A stretch of DNA of 64,000 bases from Candidatus Gottesmanbacteria bacterium (GTDB lineage Bacteria; Patescibacteriota; Microgenomatia; 2-02-FULL-39-11). The DNA lies in contig JACPKY010000002.1 of NCBI GenBank assembly GCA_016186795.1, forward strand, positions 154,593 through 218,592, read 5' to 3'. Made by a program: the position numbers and the translations under genes. The notes beneath the pieces are model-generated. The model ran no database searches and was not told the DNA's origin. It saw only the letters and a program-made list of their open reading frames with translations. This document shows positions 19,769-28,940 of this stretch, piece after piece; position 1 is the first letter of the stretch; each line of letters starts with the position of its first letter.

Positions 19769-20410
19769 TTAGAGATCAATGGGTGGGGAGTTTTCAAATT
19801 CGGTATTTTCAATCATTGCCATGAAGTGGCGCACCTTTCCTGCCCAGGTATGAGAAGGTGGAGCGTAGATTCTGCTCATTTTTTCCGGCGTATCAAGTCC
19901 CCGATCGAAATAACGGTATCGAAGTGTCCGAGAGACTATATAGACTGCGTGTGAAAGATTATCGAAACTAGAGTTTCCGTTGTTCCAACCCCAACAGTTT
20001 GATGATCCAGAAGGAATACGGCGACAAAATCCAGATTCTACACCCGAAATGGCTGCAACAAGAGTCCAAGGTAGATTGTACGCATCTGCAGTTGAAACGA
20101 GAAGTTCTGCATGCGTACTTAGGGGTGAATTATGTGCTTCAAAAAAACGTTCGAGCTTCTCAACACGTATATCATCCTGAGGTTGAGATACAATCTCCAT
20201 TTTTACTTGAGCGGAGCCATCTATAGAGGGTTGTTGAGCATAGACAGAAGGTGAACCACTCAAGGCCGTTATCAGAACTGAAATACAAGCAATATACCCT
20301 TCACAGTTGAAATTGTTACGGGTATAACTCCTTCTAGACTGATTTAGCAACATTTTTCTAGCGAAAAAGTTGCAAAAAGCAGTAAGAAGGGATATAAATA
20401 CTTTTTTCAT
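19769..20410 (-). CDS. Exported lysozyme-like/glucosaminidase-like protein
   Basis: Hydrophobic signal segment; AISGVESGF and NCWGW motifs. Confidence 0.65.
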   Translation of the reverse strand: MKKVFISLLTAFCNFFARKMLLNQSRRSYTRNNFNCEGYIACISVLITALSGSPSVYAQQPSIDGSAQVKMEIVSQPQDDIRVEKLERFFEAHNSPLSTHAELLVSTADAYNLPWTLVAAISGVESGFCRRIPSGSSNCWGWNNGNSSFDNLSHAVYIVSRTLRYRYFDRGLDTPEKMSRIYAPPSHTWAGKVRHFMAMIENTEFENSPPIDL

Positions 20411-20584
20411 ATTATAGTTATTGGGCAGAAATTATTTAATGCTATACTGGGAAACTCTCCTTCTCCGCCAGCTGGCGGATCAGGATCGCTAACCAGTCAT
20501 CAAAAAATCCTAAAGCCGTTCCGATGCAATGATCGGAATAACCTTAGGATCTAAAGTGGTATTATATCATATATTATAGGCTTG

Positions 20585-21175
20585 TCAAGAGGCAGGAGTT
20601 TGCTGTTCGTATTGATGAATTTTACTCATAAAGAAATTTACTGAGTATGACCATGATCCGCTGCTTTTTGGAGTCCACTTATTCTCAAGAAGTGTGGGAT
20701 TTGTCAAACCGCTTTTTATATAGGTTTCCTTAATTGTTTTCGCTACTCTATCAAATGCCTCAGGGTAGGATGAAAACCGAGTAACTTTCGACCCATATAT
20801 TCCGTATCCCCAGCAGTTATGTGAATTCTCAGGAATGGTCCTACATCCGCCTGATTCCTGCATGGCAATAGCTGGTAAGAGCGCATAATCAAGACCGTAC
20901 GTATCTGCGACAGTCACAAGATCTTCAGCATGGTTTAGAAGGGGTGAGTTTATTTCCTGTAAGAATCGGTGTAATGCAGAAATACGTATATCACGAGTCG
21001 GTGGATTTTGGACGAGAATTGGATTTACCGTTATCGCGTTTACTTCATCGGCAAGTGCAATAGATGAGAGAGAAAGATTTGGACTTACCCGTTTTTCTTG
21101 GAAAAGAAGAGTCAATGACATACCTAAAAGCAGTAGTGTTACCGGAAACCACATGAGATATATGAGTAGTTTCAT
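20585..21175 (-). CDS. Exported lysozyme-like/glucosaminidase-like protein (paralog of the previous gene)
   Basis: N-terminal TM/signal; AIAMQESGG and NCWGYG motifs. Confidence 0.65.
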   Translation of the reverse strand: MKLLIYLMWFPVTLLLLGMSLTLLFQEKRVSPNLSLSSIALADEVNAITVNPILVQNPPTRDIRISALHRFLQEINSPLLNHAEDLVTVADTYGLDYALLPAIAMQESGGCRTIPENSHNCWGYGIYGSKVTRFSSYPEAFDRVAKTIKETYIKSGLTNPTLLENKWTPKSSGSWSYSVNFFMSKIHQYEQQTPAS

Positions 21176-21223
21176 GTGTCGGATAGAATGCCATAGGATA
21201 GGTTGTCTGTCAAGTTTCTGAGG

Positions 21224-21796
21224 CTATTTCTGGCTTTCCCGTTCGAGATATTCCCCTGTTTGAGGATTAACTGAGATGACATCACCTGTTTTAATAAAGA
21301 GTGGTACGAGGATAGATGCACCCGTTTCTACGACGACGGTCTTTTTTGCCCCAGTGACAGTGTTTCCTTTGACACCTTCTTCAGCCTCAGAAACGAGGAG
21401 TCTTACTTTTTTCGGTAGTCGCATCCCAATGGGCTCATTATTAAGAAGTTGGATTTGGTATACATCACCTTCTTTTGTAAACTTTGCAAAGTTTCCCAAT
21501 ACCTCTTTTGGGATAGTTATCTGTTCGTACGACCTTGTATCCATACATACGAAATCAAGACCTGATTTATAGAGATACTGCATCTCGTGTACTTCAACAG
21601 GAAGGAGTGTTACCGTTTCGCCAGATTTGTATGTAAACTCTTGAACCCGACCAGTTTTTATGTTTTTCAGTTTCGTGCGGATAAAAGCAGAACCTTTTCC
21701 GGGATTGACAAATTGGAATTCCACAATTTGATTCGGTTCACCTTTGTACTCGATACACATCCCCTTCTCGAATTCTGATGTTGAAATGGTAGCCAT
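21224..21796 (-). CDS. efp: Elongation factor P
   Basis: NPGKGSAF loop, QYLY, VPLFI..GD. Confidence 0.98.
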   Translation of the reverse strand: MATISTSEFEKGMCIEYKGEPNQIVEFQFVNPGKGSAFIRTKLKNIKTGRVQEFTYKSGETVTLLPVEVHEMQYLYKSGLDFVCMDTRSYEQITIPKEVLGNFAKFTKEGDVYQIQLLNNEPIGMRLPKKVRLLVSEAEEGVKGNTVTGAKKTVVVETGASILVPLFIKTGDVISVNPQTGEYLERESQK

Positions 21797-21842
21797 AGGA
21801 AGGAAAAATAAATTATGTCACACTTTTACCTTTTCGACAAGC

Positions 21843-22919
21843 TTATACGGTTATACGGACACGATTTATTGAATCTTCATCGCAAAAAAGCATAACCAGC
21901 CGGTCAACTCCTAGGGCAACGCCTGTAGATTTCGGCAGTCCAACCTTAAGTGCATCTAAAAAGTCAGAATCAGCAATAACTGGTGTTTTTCCAAGTCTGT
22001 GAATTGTTTGAAGTTCTTTCTGAAAGCGTTTCTCTTGTTCCATCCAATCGGTAAGTTCGCTATAAGAATCGGCAAGCTCAAGCCCCCCAATGTAAAGTTC
22101 AAAACGCTGGGCAAGACGTTTGTCTTTCGGGTGAAGTTTCGAAAGCGCTGCCATTGGAGCAGGATAGTCGTATAAAATAACTGGTTTTTCTAATTTTCGT
22201 ACCTCGGGTTCTACTTCGTTTAGGAAAATCTGGTTAAAAATTTGTTCCCAGCTATCTTTTTTTCCAACAGAATATCCCTTTTTTTGGGCAACAGCAGCAA
22301 TTTTGGACACGGAGAAAATCTGATGGAAGGTTTGTGCACGCTTTTCGGTAATATCGTTAAGACCAATATCAGCATATCGTTCTGTTGCCTCCATAACCGA
22401 GAGATGCGTCCAAGGAAGTTGAAAAGATATGTCTTTCCCTTGATAACATATGAGAGATGCATTCGGAAACTTTCTCTTGTCAAAGGCATGAAGATCAGAT
22501 GCAATTTTTCTTAAAAGGTACTGACAATCACGCATGCTCTGTTTGTAGGTTGCGCTCACTCGATACCACTCGAGAATAGTAAATTCGGGTGTATGCGTTT
22601 GACTGTCTGTCTCACCGTTTCTGAAGCTTCGTGTAATTTCAAAGCAGTTTCTCAGTCCCGCCACAATGAGCTTTTTTTGCGACGCTTCAGGTGAAGCAGT
22701 GAGAAACATTTGTTTTTTTGCTCTTCTTCTATCGAGCTGATCTGTTTTGAAAACTTCAAGATACGATTCGGGAATTACAGTAGGAACAAGAAGTGGTGTT
22801 TCTACCTCAAGAAAGTTTTGTTCTTTAAAGTAGTGTCGTATCGATGCAATAATACGTTCACGGATCTTAAGATTATTGAACAGTTTTGGATCTTTCCTGA
22901 AATCACGCCATGTAGCCAT
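21843..22919 (-). CDS. epmA: EF-P lysine aminoacylase (EpmA/GenX)
   Basis: LysRS catalytic domain without anticodon domain (EVETP, SPE, FRNGE, EFTILEWYR, RFELY, GVALGVDRL); adjacent to efp. Confidence 0.94.
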   Translation of the reverse strand: MATWRDFRKDPKLFNNLKIRERIIASIRHYFKEQNFLEVETPLLVPTVIPESYLEVFKTDQLDRRRAKKQMFLTASPEASQKKLIVAGLRNCFEITRSFRNGETDSQTHTPEFTILEWYRVSATYKQSMRDCQYLLRKIASDLHAFDKRKFPNASLICYQGKDISFQLPWTHLSVMEATERYADIGLNDITEKRAQTFHQIFSVSKIAAVAQKKGYSVGKKDSWEQIFNQIFLNEVEPEVRKLEKPVILYDYPAPMAALSKLHPKDKRLAQRFELYIGGLELADSYSELTDWMEQEKRFQKELQTIHRLGKTPVIADSDFLDALKVGLPKSTGVALGVDRLVMLFCDEDSINRVRITV

Positions 22920-22923
22920 AGTA

Positions 22924-24042
22924 TTATGAACATTTTCGTTCTACTCTCTCGGTAAGTGTGGTTATGACTTCGTAGTTGATGGTACCTATTTTCGTGGCAA
23001 CATGCGTTGCCGAAATTTCTTCATTTCCTTGTTTTCCAATAAGAACAACTTCATCTCCGAGGCAAACTTCTGGAATTTTTGTCACATCAATTGATGCTTG
23101 ATCCATGGAAACACGCCCAATGATTTTTGCTCTTTTCCCCTTAATAAGCACCTCTCCCCAATTTCGCGGTGCACGTCGAAATCCGTCACCATATCCTACA
23201 GCAAGGGTAGCAACGAGCATTTTCTGTGAAGCTGTAAATGTACCGCCGTAGCCAACTGACTCACCTTTTCTGATTTGTCGAATCTGAGTCACAATTGTTT
23301 TGAAAGAAAGGACAGGGTGAAGGTTTACCGGAAGTCGAAAATCAGGCGAGGGGGAGAGCCCATAGAGTGCAATTCCCGGACGAACCATGGAAAAATGTGA
23401 TTGGTGAAGTCGAAGTGCTGCTGCACTATTTGCCGCATGAATGACAGGAGGATTTATTCCCTTTTTTGAAAGAGTAGCAAGAAATTCTTGGAAAATTTGC
23501 AGTTGATCGCGGGTAAATGCGAGTGATTTTTCATCTGCACTTGCGAAATGTGTGAATAGTCCCTCAAGGAAAATATTTGGAAATCCCTCGATTTTTTTTA
23601 TAAAATGGAGTGCATCCGAAGGCGCAAGTCCAAGTCGATGCATTCCTGTATCTACCTTAACGTGAATGGGAGCTCGCACCCCATTTTTTCGAGCTATCCT
23701 ATTGAGAGTTTTCAATACTTTTTCATCCATGACATTTAGTCGTAGTTTCAGATTGATCGCTTCTTCGATACTACCTGTATCTGTGTAGTTAAGGATGAGG
23801 ATAGGTTTTGCAATACCAATCTCTCGTAACTCTTGAGCTTCGTCAAGGCATACAACACCAAAAAAGTCTGCCCCAATTTTTCCTGCATGAGGACCGATAC
23901 AGGAAATTCCATGACCGTATGCATTGGCCTTAACAACTGCCATAATCTTGACAGTTGGCCCAATGAGCTTTCGGATGTTTTGAAAGTTGCGGGTATAGTT
24001 TTGCAGATTATTTTCTATCCAACAAAGCCTTTTTTTAACCAT
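22924..24042 (-). CDS. alr: Alanine racemase
   Basis: AVVKANAYGHG, KVDTGMHRLG, GYGDG, GRVSMD; ATG at 24042. Confidence 0.97.
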   Translation of the reverse strand: MVKKRLCWIENNLQNYTRNFQNIRKLIGPTVKIMAVVKANAYGHGISCIGPHAGKIGADFFGVVCLDEAQELREIGIAKPILILNYTDTGSIEEAINLKLRLNVMDEKVLKTLNRIARKNGVRAPIHVKVDTGMHRLGLAPSDALHFIKKIEGFPNIFLEGLFTHFASADEKSLAFTRDQLQIFQEFLATLSKKGINPPVIHAANSAAALRLHQSHFSMVRPGIALYGLSPSPDFRLPVNLHPVLSFKTIVTQIRQIRKGESVGYGGTFTASQKMLVATLAVGYGDGFRRAPRNWGEVLIKGKRAKIIGRVSMDQASIDVTKIPEVCLGDEVVLIGKQGNEEISATHVATKIGTINYEVITTLTERVERKCS

Positions 24043-24046
24043 ACGC

Positions 24047-24901
24047 TTATCCCAATTCAAATGTCGTAACTCCGAAAATATTCTGTAAGTGAAGATGAGG
24101 TTCTGGTCCTTTGTACATACGTGCTGTTTCAAACATAGGGGTCATGGAATGATCTTTTGCAATTTTTACAGCATGTGGATTTACTTCGGGAACATCAAGG
24201 AAGATGGAAGCGTTTTCTTCAATGGAATTACTGAGTGCTTGAAAAAGAGTTTCTGCAATATCAGGACTTTCAGCAAAAAGAGGACCGATTTTGTATCCGT
24301 ATGTACATTTTCGAATTACTCCATACCCTATGAGATTATCTCGGTGAATAATTCCTAAAGCAGTATGGTCTGATTGCTTTATAAAACAGCGTAAAAACGA
24401 TGGTCTTGGTGCAGGGAAATGCAATCGATCGTATGTGAGGACTTTTTCAAAGGGAATAGAGGAAATAGTGACAATATCCTTAGCGGAGAATTTATACCGT
24501 TGATTCTTTCCATGAAAGCGGATGTTCCGAGAGAAGAATTTAAAGCCTGACTTTTTGTAATTTTCCTGTTGTGCAACTACTCCATCGAGTCCAATAGTGG
24601 TTATCCTATCCAATTTTTCCATCGCCTTTTTCCAAATTTTTAATCCATACCCTTTGCCACGAAAATCTGGATGGACAAGGTATAATCCGAGGAAAGCGAA
24701 ACTGCGGTTATACGATACCGCAGAGATACATGATATCGGTATACCATCAAGAAGTCCTAACAAATACCCTTTCGGATCTGTCACATAAAAGCATTCTGCA
24801 TCATGGACCCCTGGGTTCCAGCCTTCGTGGAATGCCCAGTCAAGAGCCGCACCAAGATCGCTTTTTGCCATTGTCCGGATCGTATAAGAATAGTTTTTCA
24901 T
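24047..24901 (-). CDS. Tandem GNAT acetyltransferase (YitH-like)
   Basis: EGWNPG, YLVHPDFRGKGYG, KIGPLFA, FETARMY. Confidence 0.88.
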   Translation of the reverse strand: MKNYSYTIRTMAKSDLGAALDWAFHEGWNPGVHDAECFYVTDPKGYLLGLLDGIPISCISAVSYNRSFAFLGLYLVHPDFRGKGYGLKIWKKAMEKLDRITTIGLDGVVAQQENYKKSGFKFFSRNIRFHGKNQRYKFSAKDIVTISSIPFEKVLTYDRLHFPAPRPSFLRCFIKQSDHTALGIIHRDNLIGYGVIRKCTYGYKIGPLFAESPDIAETLFQALSNSIEENASIFLDVPEVNPHAVKIAKDHSMTPMFETARMYKGPEPHLHLQNIFGVTTFELG

Positions 24902-25096
24902 TACGCGCTTGAGGGATATTATAGCAGTTTAATGAATTTTGCTAACGGAGTCAGATCAGTGCGGAGAAAATTTCCGAAGGAATTCTCGGTAATGTCTGTG
25001 AGCCAGCTGCCCCGTGATTGGAACCGTTCTCTACTTGCTAGCGTACTTCGAGTTTACCATAAATTAATAGATCTGGGACTTGATATAATCATGGAA

Positions 25097-25534
25097 ATGG
25101 ATAACAGACGAGTATCAATTGACGAGATTATTAAATACTTGGAAGAAATCGATGCTGTTGGAAAAAAGGATGGATTTCCGAGAAATCCATATCTACCCGA
25201 TGTGCTTAGAGCCTATTCTAACTGGGAATTAAGAGATCTGACGGAGGATGAGTTTACAAGGTTAATCCTTCCTGACGGGTCAGGATTACTAATTAGAGAT
25301 AAGGACTTGGCTTCAGTTCTGGGTGACGATAGCATCCTTGTGACTCAAAAGTATCTGCTAAAACTTAATCGCGGAGAAGACTTAACACCTCTGATTATAA
25401 GGATTCCTTTGGAGAATAATCCACAAAATGCATCATTTTACATAGAAGATGGTGCGCATCGCGCAATAGCAGCTAAAGTATATTTTGAGAAAAAACCATA
25501 TAAACCTATAAAGGCGTATATAGGAAATAAATAA
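25097..25534 (+). CDS. Hypothetical protein with ParB/sulfiredoxin-like motif
   Basis: PLII...YIEDGAHRAIAA resembles the ParB/Srx (I/L)DGxHR motif; start at 25091 or 25097 after TGaTATAAT. Confidence 0.55.
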   Translation: MDNRRVSIDEIIKYLEEIDAVGKKDGFPRNPYLPDVLRAYSNWELRDLTEDEFTRLILPDGSGLLIRDKDLASVLGDDSILVTQKYLLKLNRGEDLTPLIIRIPLENNPQNASFYIEDGAHRAIAAKVYFEKKPYKPIKAYIGNK

Positions 25535-25581
25535 TACCGAATCTCAAATTATTAAGAGGTAGATCTTGATGTAATCGAACC

Positions 25582-27024
25582 ATGAATATTGGAAGAAATG
25601 ATAGATGCCCCTGTGGTAGTGGGCTGAAATATAAAAAGTGCCATTTAGGCAGATCGCTTTATGTTTATCCTGAGCCGTTCAAAGGGCGTTCTATTAGAGA
25701 ACGAAATCTTATTCTTCTAAATGCGATTGAAGATATTTTCTTCGGAAAAGGAGAAGATTGGGAAGCAATGCGTCATTCCATCACGGAAGACAAAGTAAAA
25801 GAATTTTATAGAGTAATGGCTTGGTTATGGCCTCCCCAAACAGATATTACCCCGCTGCTTCCAAAGCCTGATGCGACTCTTAGGGGATTGTATACAGGAG
25901 ACACCAGACCGCAGGAGATTTTACAGAACATTGTCCGGTACAGCCTTTATACAGAAGAAATTATCGTGGTTAGTCCATTCCTTGCTCCACTTACTATGAA
26001 GCCTGAATTTAGCCCCATTTACGCTCCGGGCAAATATAGACAGGATACATTAGAGCTTATCTACTTTGCCTATGCTTTGGCTCCATGGATTGAGGCCGGT
26101 ATTGTGAATATGATACCAAACCCCATGGATTTTGACTTCCGCTTGAGAAAAGAAATCTACGGCATGGCAGAGAAAAGATATGAGTCAAATAAAGCACAAT
26201 ATGACGCTGAATTACATGAAATGTCGGAAGAAGAGGGTAAGAAAGAATTCAAAAGGATGTACATGAGAATGCCCGAAGGAGCTCTTAGAAGAAAAATGAA
26301 AGACTTTAAGCCGAATGCAACGCAAAAGGAAATTGACGATCAAGTTGACTACATGTTAAGACAACGAAAAAACGATCCACTTCTCCTCGATGAAGAAATG
26401 ACTGGAGAGGCAGAAATGAGAATAAAAAGGATGGGAGCAAATCTTGAGCTTGGTCTTTATCTCGGACAAGCAACGGGTTCTTATCTTTACACGAATAGAA
26501 AATTCCAGTGGAATGAAATCATGTCCGCAAAACAACAGGCGACTGATGACTCTGATCTTTGGAGTCCTCTCACAAGAGCTTTCCAAACACTAGATTTTAC
26601 CTTTCTTAACGATGTTGATCCCGAATTTGCGTACAAGCTTAAAGAAGAGGGAAGATTGGGTGGTTTCAGGAATTACCTGCGTAAAGTCTGGCATAAGATA
26701 GAGGAAGACAACACACCTGCCCAAGCGAATAGTGCAGCACGGGAATTTGGAGACGAATTGCATGATGAATATGAAAAGACTAAAGAAGAATGGGCAAAAA
26801 TTGATAAATCAATTGTGGATTGGACACTGGGGACGACTGGAGTCTCAACAGTGGTAACGCCTTTTATTACAGGAGGATTGGACTGGATTGTTCCCGCTGT
26901 TGGTTTCTCTATAGCAGGAGTCGGGCAACTCCTCTCAGCGAGATATAAAAGAAAAGAGTTTCGTGCAAATGTACCTCTTGCCGTACTTTTGGATTTAGAA
27001 AAGAAGCGCAAATTGTTAAAATAA
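25582..27024 (+). CDS. SEC-C (zinc-binding) motif protein with C-terminal hydrophobic helices
   Basis: N-terminal IGRNDRCPCGSGLKYKKCH; 480 aa; remainder of unknown function. Confidence 0.75.
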   Translation: MNIGRNDRCPCGSGLKYKKCHLGRSLYVYPEPFKGRSIRERNLILLNAIEDIFFGKGEDWEAMRHSITEDKVKEFYRVMAWLWPPQTDITPLLPKPDATLRGLYTGDTRPQEILQNIVRYSLYTEEIIVVSPFLAPLTMKPEFSPIYAPGKYRQDTLELIYFAYALAPWIEAGIVNMIPNPMDFDFRLRKEIYGMAEKRYESNKAQYDAELHEMSEEEGKKEFKRMYMRMPEGALRRKMKDFKPNATQKEIDDQVDYMLRQRKNDPLLLDEEMTGEAEMRIKRMGANLELGLYLGQATGSYLYTNRKFQWNEIMSAKQQATDDSDLWSPLTRAFQTLDFTFLNDVDPEFAYKLKEEGRLGGFRNYLRKVWHKIEEDNTPAQANSAAREFGDELHDEYEKTKEEWAKIDKSIVDWTLGTTGVSTVVTPFITGGLDWIVPAVGFSIAGVGQLLSARYKRKEFRANVPLAVLLDLEKKRKLLK

Positions 27025-27102
27025 ATTCGCTAGCTGGGATTGGAACCATTTGGCTTCAGAAAATGAAGAACACAAATGAATCTATAAAATTTAGCTTCGA
27101 TG

Positions 27103-27257
27103 TGAGCCCAGGAGGTCTCGAACCTCCAACCGATCCGCCGCTAGAGTGAGCCGCCTGAGAATCGAACTCAGAACCGACTCCTTAAGAGGGAGTTGCTCTA
27201 CCAATTGAGCTAGCGGCCCCCTTTGGCGGATTGCTCTACCAGTTGAGCTATAGGCCC
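27103..27257 (-). other. Outer tRNA body (Lys-like) whose anticodon loop contains a whole tRNA gene
   Basis: Acceptor GGGCCTA/TGGGCTC, D arm GCTC..GAGC, stem ATCCGCC/GGCGGAT, T arm GGAGG-TTCGAGA-CCTCC. Confidence 0.8.
27147..27219 (-). tRNA. tRNA-Lys(CTT)
   Basis: Cloverleaf GGGCCGC...GCGGCTC-A; anticodon arm ACTCC-CTCTTAA-GGAGT. Confidence 0.95.
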
Positions 27258-27285
27258 AGGATCTGAATATACTTTGCATTTTATG

Positions 27286-28788
27286 TTATTTCAATCCTAA
27301 TTTCCACCGCAGAAATAGGGTAAGTGAAAATGTCGTGCGAAGGTTTTTTTGTTCCCATTGGGAAATAAGACCGTTATAGAGATTTTCCTGATTTACATTT
27401 AGCCAAGGGGAGCCCCGATCACGGATTAAATCTTTGTCAAGAACAACAACCGGATGCTCATTCACCATAGTGATAACAGGAAGATCACTCAAACAATTTT
27501 TACAATGAATTCCTACTGGTACTCCGCTTCTATTACCCAAGGTTGTTTGTGAAAGAAGAAGACTTATGGGATAGCTGATATCAGAATTGAGCCAGCTATA
27601 ATCATACAGGGCAATTTTTTGATTGGGAAAGTATGAAGTAATTTTTTGGAGGGCATCCTGATATTGTCTGAGATGATTAGTTTGGTGTGGTAAAATTTTC
27701 ACCAAAAAAAATATATTACCCATGACAAGTATAGCTAATAAAATAATTGTAAATATCTTAGAGAGCTTTGATAGAACATATGAAGAGGCAAAAAGGATAA
27801 ACGGTACCAGATAAATCATATACCCCTCAAACCGTTCTCCCCGGTAATATCGATTGATTCCAAGAAGTAGGAAAAATATGGAAAAAATCACAAGGCTGGG
27901 GTGAGTGAATCGTTTTCTTATCCAAAGATAAATACATCCGAAACCTACAAAAATCTCACTGAGGATTCCGAGAGATTTATATCCCCCACTTACGTACGAC
28001 CAATAGGTAGGCAGGTAGTTCCCGATAAATAATTTCCAGCTGTTCGGAGTATAGATCCGATATTGCGCAATCAAAATATAATCAAGCAAGTTTCCGGTAT
28101 TGGCAAATTGCTGGTGAGAATCCCAATAGAGAAGCGGTAGTTGGGTTAGGATTAAGCCTGCAAAAAAAGAAAAGAACGCATATATTTTTTGCCTCAATGA
28201 TACAGGCAGGAAAAAAACTGCTGGAGCAAAAAGAAGAAGATTCAATCCCTGATAGTGCATACTTACGGCAGTTCCTGTTGCAACACCCGCCGCAAGGAAG
28301 TAAATAATCCGTCTCTTTTTATAAAAGAGTACAAAGAAAAGAAGCGCAAGTGTGCCAAAAAGCGCAACATAGGAATGCTGGCCTAATACAACTGAACGCA
28401 ACACAAGCTGAGGCGAGGAAGCGGCAAGAAGACCAATAATTATTGCCATTCTCCTGCCGCCTGTCAAATACCCGATGCCAAGAAATACTCCAACCGTCCC
28501 AATACTCAGCAAAAGCGTCACCACATACGGGGTTTCAAGAGAGTGAGGAAAAAGAAATTTGCTGGCAATAATGATCCAGTAAAAAAGTGGACCAAAAACG
28601 AAAGGCCCGGCTGAGCTAAATGATCCAAATTGAGGAAGTCTCTGGCGTATCAGAGATTCTTGGGCGATCATGATATCCCGGGCGTCATCGCTCCCTAAAC
28701 CAAAGCGCTCAGGAAAGTGATACATCCGAAGAAATGCTGCGAGAAGAAGGATGAGTGATAAAAGAAGATAGAAATAAGTAGTTTTCAT
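27286..28788 (-). CDS. GT-C fold membrane glycosyltransferase (ArnT/PMT_2, GT39-like)
   Basis: Multi-TM; LR...DDARD and FGPLFYW N-terminal motifs. Confidence 0.8.
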   Translation of the reverse strand: MKTTYFYLLLSLILLLAAFLRMYHFPERFGLGSDDARDIMIAQESLIRQRLPQFGSFSSAGPFVFGPLFYWIIIASKFLFPHSLETPYVVTLLLSIGTVGVFLGIGYLTGGRRMAIIIGLLAASSPQLVLRSVVLGQHSYVALFGTLALLFFVLFYKKRRIIYFLAAGVATGTAVSMHYQGLNLLLFAPAVFFLPVSLRQKIYAFFSFFAGLILTQLPLLYWDSHQQFANTGNLLDYILIAQYRIYTPNSWKLFIGNYLPTYWSYVSGGYKSLGILSEIFVGFGCIYLWIRKRFTHPSLVIFSIFFLLLGINRYYRGERFEGYMIYLVPFILFASSYVLSKLSKIFTIILLAILVMGNIFFLVKILPHQTNHLRQYQDALQKITSYFPNQKIALYDYSWLNSDISYPISLLLSQTTLGNRSGVPVGIHCKNCLSDLPVITMVNEHPVVVLDKDLIRDRGSPWLNVNQENLYNGLISQWEQKNLRTTFSLTLFLRWKLGLK

Positions 28789-28804
28789 GAGAGCCTATTA
28801 CTTG

Positions 28805-28876
28805 CGCCTCTGAAGGGAATCGAACCCCCATCTGCGGTTCCGAAGACCGCTGCTTTATCCATTAAGCTACAGAGGC
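28805..28876 (-). tRNA. tRNA-Arg(TCG)
   Basis: Cloverleaf; anticodon arm GCGGT-CTTCGGA-ACCGC. Confidence 0.93.
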
Positions 28877-28940
28877 ATGCCTAAATTATATCATCAAACT
28901 CCATTGAATAGAACTTTTAAATGCGTATAATTGAAAGGCT

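Noticed and set aside
24803..25090. N-terminal extension of the ParB-like ORF
   Set aside because: Overlaps the divergent GNAT gene and its promoter; a -10 box points to a start at 25091 or 25097
27140..27146. CTCTAGC left in the outer tRNA loop could read as a CUA amber-suppressor loop after splicing
   Set aside because: Needs exact removal of AAAGG plus the inner tRNA and gives a 7-bp stem. TAG is a normal stop here (efp, pgk, tig) and no splicing motif is visible, so this is speculation only
27091..27279. Short ORFs over tRNA loci (also 40161-40463, 41670-41885 and the 5' extensions at 32517, 33908, 39876)
   Set aside because: Chance frames across tRNA genes
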